Virus record (IMG/VR): IMGVR_UViG_3300050119_000088
Location: 47,972 to 111,971 of that record
Source: a virus
Lineage: Duplodnaviria; Caudoviricetes
Strand: one strand, 5' to 3'
Length of the DNA: 64,000 nucleotides
Shown in pieces: positions 9,160 to 16,538 of the stretch. Each line of letters starts with the position of its first letter. Position 1 is the stretch's first letter. The notes under the pieces are model-generated. The model was not told where the DNA came from. It saw nothing but the letters and a program-made list of their open reading frames with translations, and did not search any database. The translations under genes were made by a program, and so were the position numbers.

Positions 9160-11177
9160 TATTGTCGCTCCGCATGGGCATTAATAATAGACTCTCTGAA
9201 CAAACCGAGACTCATATCTTGCAACTTTCTCTTCTTCTTCAGATTCTCGATAATGAGTGCATCGGACGGAAGATGGACTGCATCGATGATTGTGAGACCT
9301 TTATTAATATCCATGCCAATGCGGTGAGCGCGGTCTTCTGACTGCACACGAGACTCAGCGTTGAAGTCGTTGGAGTAATAATATTCTGTTGGTGATTCTG
9401 TGAGTGTAAGCCCAAGACCCCCTGATGCAGGGTGTGCAACGAAATTGATCTTGGCAATCTGTCGCGTCTTGTCCTGGAAAAGTTCAAGCATCTCCGATCC
9501 GCGTCGTCCATCAAGAATACCTGATCCCTTCCAACCGCGACCATCTACTCGAATGGTTTCCCATCCAAGCTTCTTGGAAGCCGCCACAATACGATCAATA
9601 GAACCTTTGAATCCAGCGAAAGTCACGAACCGACCAACATCTTCATGTTGGTCGAGAAGTTCGAGGAGGAAATCCTCTTTTGGACAAGGAACCTGAATGG
9701 CTTCTCGTTTGTATGCGGTGACAAAGCCATCTCCACCACAATTCGGACAAGTGATCTCCGCATCGGTGAAAACGTCTTCAGTGAGAACATCGGCTTTTGG
9801 CAATCGGAACAGATCACCAATCTCGACGCCGTAGCCTGAATATTGGTCGATATTCTCTGACGTGATCTCAATCTCATCTTCGACAAGCATCTTGTGCGTG
9901 ATGGTCTTGTTGCCATCACAAAGCGGGCATGGCTTGTCACCGACTTCTTCATCAACATATTGAAAACCATCACTCAGCTCCCGCAGGAGTGTCATTGCCG
10001 AGATCGTATTCTTGGCCGATGCCACAATGATCTTGGCAGCGTTCAGTGTGGCTCTGCTTGGTGCAAGCTCAATCTGTTTGTAAATCTTGTCTGGCAGATC
10101 AAGACAATCCTTTTTGAACTTGACTGTGACCAATCCCTTCATACGCTCATACAGATAGGACACTTCATTGATTGAGGGAATCCAACTATGAGCATCTGCA
10201 TGAGTAGAGAGAACTTTTGCCATTGGCCCATGAACATCATCAGACTTGAGCTTACCACAGATACCACACTTCTCGGTATTGTCAAGCCAAGTGACAAGTT
10301 GAGGATACTTGCCACCGGAAACTGCGTCCTTCATAACAATCAGTGCAAGTCGCTTCTTGAACTTCTGAGGAGTGCCCTCTTTGAGAAAGCCAGGCTGTGC
10401 AACCTCACACTGATGCCACCAATCTCCAGGATCTTTCGGTGCTGGCGATCCGCTCATTTCGATTACATAGCCATTGTAACCGTACTCAGCTCGAACGGAA
10501 TCAGCAAGATGCCTTGCAGCAACGGATCTCTGAGCCATTGGATTCTTGATCCGGCTTGATTCGTCGAAGATAACACCTTGTGGTGCCGGTTTCCCAACAG
10601 GCCAGTTCTCGACAATCTTCTTCAAGCCCTCGTAAGTGCAGAATGTCGGCTTGATCCGACAGCCCCACTTCTTCATCTCCAATTGAGCCGCGAAAAGAGC
10701 GCTCTTGGGAGCCACCCAGAACCAATCCGTGATGCCTGAATGCTCCATCACTTCGATTGCGGCAAGCGTCTTTCCGACGCCCATCTCTGCCGCCATGATA
10801 TTGTAGTGATAGGTCAAAGCATCAACAACCAGATCGATCTGGTGCTTGTAAAGCGACCGGGTCGGCTGGTAGTCGGCGATCTTCGGTCTATCGAACCAAG
10901 CGTAAGGGTTCTGTCCGCCCAAGAATGAGAGTTGAAATCGATTCCTATAAGTATCCTTAATCGTCCAAGATTTGTCGTCTGGATTCCAGCGAGCACCTTC
11001 GAAGGATTTGACTTCCTCAATCAGCTTCTTGTTGAAGCCGAATTTGAGTGTGATATTCTTTGTGTCCGAAGTGATTGTGGCGGGATAAAGAAGTGAATTG
11101 GCCATCAATTTGGTTGGGAGCATGAACATGATCAATCCTCGAAAGCTGCAAGCAGCTTGGGTGACTTGCTTTCGCAA
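9156..11177 (-). CDS. SNF2-family helicase/ATPase with zinc-finger insertions
   Basis: EMGVGKT, IFDES, SGSP, GGLGLTL, QSEDRAHRIG; real start may be ~11129. Confidence 0.9.
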   Translation of the reverse strand: MRKQVTQAACSFRGLIMFMLPTKLMANSLLYPATITSDTKNITLKFGFNKKLIEEVKSFEGARWNPDDKSWTIKDTYRNRFQLSFLGGQNPYAWFDRPKIADYQPTRSLYKHQIDLVVDALTYHYNIMAAEMGVGKTLAAIEVMEHSGITDWFWVAPKSALFAAQLEMKKWGCRIKPTFCTYEGLKKIVENWPVGKPAPQGVIFDESSRIKNPMAQRSVAARHLADSVRAEYGYNGYVIEMSGSPAPKDPGDWWHQCEVAQPGFLKEGTPQKFKKRLALIVMKDAVSGGKYPQLVTWLDNTEKCGICGKLKSDDVHGPMAKVLSTHADAHSWIPSINEVSYLYERMKGLVTVKFKKDCLDLPDKIYKQIELAPSRATLNAAKIIVASAKNTISAMTLLRELSDGFQYVDEEVGDKPCPLCDGNKTITHKMLVEDEIEITSENIDQYSGYGVEIGDLFRLPKADVLTEDVFTDAEITCPNCGGDGFVTAYKREAIQVPCPKEDFLLELLDQHEDVGRFVTFAGFKGSIDRIVAASKKLGWETIRVDGRGWKGSGILDGRRGSEMLELFQDKTRQIAKINFVAHPASGGLGLTLTESPTEYYYSNDFNAESRVQSEDRAHRIGMDINKGLTIIDAVHLPSDALIIENLKKKRKLQDMSLGLFRESIINAHAERQY

Positions 11178-11178
11178 G

Positions 11179-11715
11179 TTATATGAATACGAGAGTTCCG
11201 TCTGCTAAGCCTTGCTTCGACCACTTGCTCCAGACATCTTTCAAATGCTGTTCGGTAGCAAGTCTAAAATAAATGAGATTGAAGAAAATTCGTAACTCAT
11301 AAGATGTATGTTCTTGACAAATCTCCACAATAATATTCTTCCACACTCTCAGATTGGCCGTTGCAATAAATACGGTGTCACTGTTGCAATCGATCAATAA
11401 GTCCGTTCCAAGTTTCAAGATTTCAATAAGCAAGGCTGGTTTGACTTCACAAAGAAACGTAAGTGTAATATGCTGTAGGATGTGTTCCGCATGTTGAATC
11501 GCAACGTGTGCATCGCTACCAGGATGTCGAAATGCCGCCAAGGTTGGAATGAGTGATAGTAATGATCCCGCCTTGATTCCTGCATTGTCGCAACCGCGTG
11601 TCGGAGATACACCAGTAATAATGTGTGTATCATTGACGAAATTGTGCCAATCAAACTGCGGCACGCTAATTAATCTAACGTGCATTCCTTTTACGTACTT
11701 TTGTATTTGGCTCAT
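11179..11715 (-). CDS. Degenerate ThyX-like protein
   Basis: VRLIS, HILQHITLTF, TANLRVW, YELR resemble the ThyX scaffold; the RHR signature is missing. Confidence 0.5.
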   Translation of the reverse strand: MSQIQKYVKGMHVRLISVPQFDWHNFVNDTHIITGVSPTRGCDNAGIKAGSLLSLIPTLAAFRHPGSDAHVAIQHAEHILQHITLTFLCEVKPALLIEILKLGTDLLIDCNSDTVFIATANLRVWKNIIVEICQEHTSYELRIFFNLIYFRLATEQHLKDVWSKWSKQGLADGTLVFI

Positions 11716-11929
11716 CTAACGTTGATCCTACAGGATACTCACCGAGCAATATGAGACTATTGAGTCTCGCTTGAGCATCCACATGCTTGAAGCAACTCAT
11801 TTGATTTGGAAAAGCTTTACCTTTGTAATAGACGTAATGCTTTTTGTTTTCAAACCCAAAAAATGCAACGACCGCATCTCGTTCTGGAGATGGAGCCATT
11901 GCATCAATTGATTCATTGAGTGTAACCAT
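11675..11929 (-). CDS. Hypothetical protein
   Basis: ORF in operon orientation. Confidence 0.5.
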   Translation of the reverse strand: MVTLNESIDAMAPSPERDAVVAFFGFENKKHYVYYKGKAFPNQMSCFKHVDAQARLNSLILLGEYPVGSTLDEPNTKVRKRNAR

Positions 11930-11943
11930 ATAATACTTGAGTT

Positions 11944-12105
11944 TCAGTTCCCCGAACCCAAGTTGCCTTGCTTTTGAGAGGTTGATTGGAATAAGACTTT
12001 TGGCTTTGGTTTTAACCTTGGTTTCCTCGGGGCTTCTGTTACCGGAGGATAAGATCCTGGTTGCGACAATCGATAAAGATCAGCTTTGACTTTTGGTTTG
12101 TTCAT
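11944..12105 (-). CDS. Small basic hypothetical protein
   Basis: MNKPKVK... start revised to ATG 12105. Confidence 0.4.
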   Translation of the reverse strand: MNKPKVKADLYRLSQPGSYPPVTEAPRKPRLKPKPKVLFQSTSQKQGNLGSGN

Positions 12106-12443
12106 CTTTGCTCTGGTAGATAAATGATAACCCCGAGCTGGGATAAATCCCCATGTATTGCTTTGTACAAGCAATATCACTGCTCCACTCGGGGGTAACT
12201 TTCCAACGTATACGATTGAAAATTACGCCAGGACAATGGCGTCTTGTTATGAATCGCGGAGACCCAACGTCCGCGTCCATTTCTCAATGTGGATTACTGG
12301 CTTCTGGTTCCAAGCATCCACAATCGAGAGAACAATAGTTGCTCTTGCGAATCAACTATCTTGTATGTGTGTTACTTCGATTACTCGAAGCGCTACACAA
12401 AACAACTTCCGAGTAGCCAGACACTACTCATCCATAACAAGAG

Positions 12444-12511
12444 CCCTACACCTAGGATTCGAACCTAGCCGATTAACGTCGCGAAACATTAATCGTTTCC
12501 TGAAGAGTAGG
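12444..12511 (-). ncRNA. tRNA-like module A (no proper D-arm, 10-bp central stem)
   Basis: CCTAC..GTAGG acceptor, CTAGG-TTCGAAT-CCTAG T-arm, CGATTAATGT/ACGTTAATCG stem. Confidence 0.7.
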
Positions 12512-12587
12512 TAAATCCTGATTGAGTATTTGCTTCTAAGAAGCAAATAACGAACCATCTTACAAGGACGACTCTCCCAACCAGGAG

Positions 12588-12789
12588 CGGGCAGAGATGG
12601 AATCGAACCACCGACCACAGAAACATTGATTGGTAGAATGAAGCGGTGGGATTTGAACCCACGATCAGCGTGAGTTTTGCCAACCAGACTGGCACTCACG
12701 AGCTTTTGTCATGGTTCACCGTTGAGCCGCTACGGCACGCTAATTCTTACAATGATGTTTCTGTTGCTCTACCATTGAGCTATCCACCC
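12588..12789 (-). ncRNA. tRNA-like module B (outer), with a large insertion at the anticodon loop
   Basis: GGGTGGA/TCTGCCC acceptor, GCTC-AATGGTA-GAGC D-arm, ACAGA/TCTGT stem, GGTGG-TTCGATT-CCATC T-arm. Confidence 0.85.
12631..12750 (-). ncRNA. tRNA-like module B (inner), nested in the outer module
   Basis: AGAAT.AGCG/CGCT..ATTCT-ACCA, CCGT/ACGG D-like arm, GTGGG-TTCAAAT-CCCAC T-arm. Confidence 0.72.
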
Positions 12790-13175
12790 AAATATGCCGA
12801 TTGAGCAAGCCGAAGCTTCTTGAAATTTGTACAAGGTGTTCTGCCGAAGCAGTTCAGCAATGTTCAAGATTCCAAGTAATCTCTCAATCAGCCGTTTGAC
12901 CTTGCGACCAAACGTCGCTACCGTCGATTCAACGATAACGATAATCAATTGGCATCCCGCACACCACAATCGGGATTAGTCTTGCACCGGCTTTACATGG
13001 TAACATATATGAGTTACCTCATATACGCTTAGCCGATTCAGATTTCAGTGATCCGATCGTAAGATCGAATACTGGAATCCTATGCCTTCCCAACTGATAT
13101 CAAGTGGTAAGAAGCAACAGCTCATTTATTGAGCCAATCCTCCGAAGAGGGTTCGCCAAAACTACTTCCCACCAT

Positions 13176-13275
13176 CAGGGATCGCTGGAATTGAACCAGT
13201 CTTTCGTCCTTGGAAAATAGATCCTCAGAGAGGCTAATTCCAAGTTCGACGTGCAGCCGTTACACCGCAATCCCA
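13176..13275 (-). ncRNA. tRNA-like module C (UGG loop masked by an insert)
   Basis: GGGATTG/CGATCCC, GTGT-AACGGCT-GCAC D-arm, CTTGGAA/TTCCAAG, CTGG-TTCAATT-CCAG. Confidence 0.78.
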
Positions 13276-13276
13276 A

Positions 13277-13375
13277 AGGCCCAGCCAGGTTACGAGCCTG
13301 ATGTGTCACTAATGATTGTATTGAGTCTACGTCTCGTAAACACAGACTGTGCAATCATTCCGACACCGCTAGGCC
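13277..13375 (-). ncRNA. tRNA-like module D (8/4 geometry, no D-arm, long arm)
   Basis: GGCCTAGC/GCTGGGCC, CAGG-CTCGTAA-CCTG, GTGTC/GACAC, AATGATTG/CAATCATT, AGTCT/AGACT. Confidence 0.62.
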
Positions 13376-13631
13376 ATGTAAGGGCCGGGCATAATAAGAT
13401 TTACCGAATATTCTCGCATCGTAAGATGGGAGACATCCGACAGTGATCTACAAAGTGTTCCGGCCCCGCACACCGTTGAACGTTTCCGTAACGGGTACTA
13501 GTGATTACCGAAGGCCGATTTGGCAATCACCTTCCGACTTCACAACGACTTGGCCCGTTGCTGTCATCGGAATCCACACGCCACCGATCAAGATGACGTG
13601 CAGCCGGTTCGGTCACTAAGACCGTTCCAAA

Positions 13632-13895
13632 TTACGAAGGTGGAACCTGCTTGGACGGTTGAGCCGGATAGCCCATCGGCATTTGCTGGCCGGATGGCAT
13701 CGGAGCTTGTCCGACCGGGCCGGTGTACGAGTACGTCAACGTCTCATACCCACTGCAAGGAGCCATTTGCATCTGACCCTTGCAAGCCTGCTTGGCTGCT
13801 CTCTTGGCGGCTTTCGCAGCCTTGTGGCACTTGCCAGCCTCAGCCGGAAGTGACATCGCAATCAAGGCCACGAAAGCAAGTAGCATCCGAATCAT
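13632..13895 (-). CDS. Small exported protein with signal peptide
   Basis: MIRMLLAFVALIAMSLPAEA/ signal with A-x-A site; start overlaps the upstream stop (TGATG). Confidence 0.7.
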   Translation of the reverse strand: MIRMLLAFVALIAMSLPAEAGKCHKAAKAAKRAAKQACKGQMQMAPCSGYETLTYSYTGPVGQAPMPSGQQMPMGYPAQPSKQVPPS

Positions 13896-14572
13896 CAGCG
13901 AGCCCTCGTACTCCCGGCCGCTTCCGGTGCCTGCTCGACCACCGTCTCGGGCGGAGAGAGAAACGTCTTGGTGACATCTGCAATCTCTCCGAGATCCGGG
14001 ATCTCGAAGGGTGTCGAGCAGTCCTTGCAGACGGGTCCGTGCCACGAGTAGGAGGTGTTCTTGATGAGCTTGACGCTCAGCGAGGCCGCTTTGCCAAGCA
14101 GTGCCTTGACGTTCGGGGCTTCTCGCCGGGCTGTCTTCGAGCCCATCAGGAAGGTCGCGAACTTCTGGACCTTGGGAAGGTAGACGAGGTACTCTGGTCC
14201 GTACATGCACCCCGAATTCGGCTGGTCAGCTCGCTCTTGAAGCTTCTGAAAAGCGGGCGAGTCGGGATTGTGATAAGCGACGACCGGATCGGAGCCCGTA
14301 TCGATCGCCTTCGGACGCCACTGAATCACCAACACGTCCACTTCCGCTCCGAGATCGATCACGTCCTTGTCCTTGACAAGTCCGTAGTGACCCATTGGGA
14401 AGGTTCCCTCCTTCACCGCATCGGAATTGCTTCCGAAAAGCTGAAGTCGAGGAAGGTAGTTGGCAGCGGCGGCAATCTTGGCGAACGCCTTCTCGTCATA
14501 CGGATTCGCCGCGACGGGAATCAGTGCTCCAGGAGCAGCAACCGGCTCGATGTCAGACATCATGTTCCTCAA
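13895..14572 (-). CDS. Putative single-stranded DNA-binding / replication accessory protein
   Basis: YLPRLQL motif typical of a phage SSB-like family; replication context; strong codon bias. Confidence 0.5.
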   Translation of the reverse strand: MRNMMSDIEPVAAPGALIPVAANPYDEKAFAKIAAAANYLPRLQLFGSNSDAVKEGTFPMGHYGLVKDKDVIDLGAEVDVLVIQWRPKAIDTGSDPVVAYHNPDSPAFQKLQERADQPNSGCMYGPEYLVYLPKVQKFATFLMGSKTARREAPNVKALLGKAASLSVKLIKNTSYSWHGPVCKDCSTPFEIPDLGEIADVTKTFLSPPETVVEQAPEAAGSTRAR

Positions 14573-14629
14573 TGAAAATGATCATGAAAAGCGGCTGGCC
14601 CACCATTGAACCAGCCTTCCCCTGTTGGA

Positions 14630-15631
14630 TCAGGCCGTCACGAGATCGGCCTTCGTCTCGGCCGCAGCGTTCGCCTTCGCGGCCTCACGATCCGCCTTAC
14701 GTTGAGCCTTGACCTCTTCATCCTTCTTGCGTCGGTCGGCGTCCTTCTGGCGATCCGCTTCGATGGACATCGAATCCATATGAAGCGTCCAGGCAACGCC
14801 CGTCTTGAACCCTTCGAGAGCCGTTGTCAGTCCGAGTTCGGCGACCAGTCGCGGGCCGACCTCATTCTGCTCGAACTCTGTCTTGATTTCGCCAAGCTTC
14901 CGGCAGTGCGGAACCGGCATGAACTCAGCGGCGTTCGGATTCCGACCTTGACGCTTGGCGTCGCGAAGTTCTTTGACGCGGGTATTGACGGTCGGAACGA
15001 ACTCGTTCGGCTGCATTGTCATCGCACGATCGACGAAGTGTGCTTGCTCATCAGCAGGCAGCTTCGCCAAAGCGTAGGCGTTGGACAAGTTGATCTTGTC
15101 CTCATCCACCAGCTTGGCGATGCGGGCTTCGAGCTTGATTAGCCCAAGCCGTTCAGAGATCCAGGTCGGCGACTTGGCCAACTTGGTCGCCAAAGACGCA
15201 GCGGTCATGGTCGGGTTGCCCGCCAGAATCCGCATGAGCTGCTTGCTGTACTCGACTGGCCGAGTCTCGACCTTGTGGATGTTCGTGATGATCTGGGCTT
15301 CGAGGACTTCGGCGTCGCTTGCCTCAATCACGTTGGCCGGGATCTCAGTCAGTCCAGCGTCGAGCGCTCCGGTGAATCGGTGCAGGCCGTCGATCAAGCC
15401 GTAAGTGATGTTACCATCACTGTCCTTGATCTCACGGACGACGACCGGATTCAGCACGCCCTTGGCCCGGATTGAATCCACCAATCCGAGGTAGTCTTCG
15501 GCCGTCTTGTTGACGTTCCGTAGAGCGGAAGGGTTCTCCCGAATCTGCGAAAGTTGGACAACTTTCGGTCGCGTCTTCGGGGTTGTACTTGCCATACTGG
15601 CCACTCCTAATTTGCTTACCGCAATCCTCAT
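14630..15631 (-). CDS. parB: ParB-like protein (second paralog) with charged C-terminal tail
   Basis: LVDSIRAKGVLNPVVVR, YGLIDGLHRF, HTH LATKLAKSPTWISERLGL; real start probably ~15594. Confidence 0.85.
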   Translation of the reverse strand: MRIAVSKLGVASMASTTPKTRPKVVQLSQIRENPSALRNVNKTAEDYLGLVDSIRAKGVLNPVVVREIKDSDGNITYGLIDGLHRFTGALDAGLTEIPANVIEASDAEVLEAQIITNIHKVETRPVEYSKQLMRILAGNPTMTAASLATKLAKSPTWISERLGLIKLEARIAKLVDEDKINLSNAYALAKLPADEQAHFVDRAMTMQPNEFVPTVNTRVKELRDAKRQGRNPNAAEFMPVPHCRKLGEIKTEFEQNEVGPRLVAELGLTTALEGFKTGVAWTLHMDSMSIEADRQKDADRRKKDEEVKAQRKADREAAKANAAAETKADLVTA

Positions 15632-15695
15632 TGGTTGGCGTTGAAAGGAATACGCAATCCAATCAATCGTCGAGCCCTGCTGACACTTTCACTCT

Positions 15696-15725
15696 ATCTT
15701 ACGGCAAAGGGCCGAAAGTTTGAAG
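15696..15725 (-). promoter_or_regulatory. Conserved phage promoter copy 2 (TTCAAA-17-TAAGAT)
   Basis: Repeated motif; faces parB2-SSB-ncRNA region. Confidence 0.75.
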
Positions 15726-16056
15726 GCCAGTTTTCTCCGAATGCCGGATTAATTATCTTGCCTATTCTACTGACTCAGCCTAGATTACCATTTCGACGTA
15801 ACCCTATACCTGAAAACAACTTACGGCAAATGTCTTACTAGCCGCGTTTCAATTGCTCTATAAGGATGATATAGGGTTTTCCTTTAAAGTCTCCTTATGG
15901 ATGACTTTAAAAAAGTAATCAGAGAATAAGCGTAAGTCTATATCCCACAACACATATCAAATATCACCTACATGATTGTAGTCAGTCAGTAATCAATCAA
16001 CATATACACAGTCACTTATGGTTGTAACTCGTTATCCTATATAGGGTTAAAATTCA

Positions 16057-16086
16057 CTTCAAACTTACCGCATTTTGCCGTAGGAT
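16057..16086 (+). promoter_or_regulatory. Conserved phage promoter copy 3 (TTCAAA-17-TAGGAT)
   Basis: Repeated motif; faces the primase operon. Confidence 0.75.
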
Positions 16087-16136
16087 AGGATAGCCGACCA
16101 TAGTACGACGTTGTACAGAATGATTGGCTTGGATGA

Positions 16137-16505
16137 TTGCGTAAGCCAATCAAGATGGCTTATGTAATCAATTATATAACGGATTGGAAGATCATGTTCG
16201 GTACATACGCTGTCATTATTGGTACACGTACACGCATCACAGACGATCTGACACAAGCAAAGAAGTGGCTTGCACAATCAGGTGAGGCCGGACTTTATCG
16301 TCTGATTTGTAATACAAAAGACCACTATTGGGGCCTCAAGCCGAATGATTGCCCCAATCCAACAGCAATAGGATCATGTTCGTCACGAGCACAATTCAAA
16401 CGCAACTGTCGAGAGTCGAAACTCTCAATGACAGAAGCGTCCGTGATTGAGATCACGGAACCACAATATATTGCACTGCTACACACTCACACTATGATGG
16501 TGTGA
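16137..16505 (+). CDS. Hypothetical protein
   Basis: First ORF after the plus-strand promoter; start uncertain. Confidence 0.5.
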   Translation: MRKPIKMAYVINYITDWKIMFGTYAVIIGTRTRITDDLTQAKKWLAQSGEAGLYRLICNTKDHYWGLKPNDCPNPTAIGSCSSRAQFKRNCRESKLSMTEASVIEITEPQYIALLHTHTMMV

Positions 16506-16538
16506 TATTAGTTCCAAGTATTATATATTATATCCCGA

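Larger units (their letters stand above)
12130..13625 (-). ncRNA. Large structured non-coding RNA region with multiple tRNA-like modules
   Basis: No credible CDS; many stems with minus-strand cUUCGg and GNRA tetraloops; five T-loop modules. Confidence 0.8.

Noticed and set aside
12444-13375. Ordinary tRNA gene cluster
   Set aside because: T-loops are present, but no module has a 5-bp stem with a free 7-nt anticodon loop, so they are reported as tRNA-like ncRNA
12080-13446. Short ORFs within the structured RNA region
   Set aside because: No protein-like features, and they overlap the tRNA-like folds
12130-13625. tmRNA, or a group I/II intron
   Set aside because: No G3-U70 alanine acceptor or tag ORF seen; no group I core or group II domain V recognised; the inserts are too short and no canonical bulge-helix-bulge was found. 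An Rfam search is still needed
13520-15142. Long plus-strand ORFs (351 aa and 178 aa), and similarly 7093-7935
   Set aside because: Antisense shadows of codon-biased minus-strand genes, with no motifs
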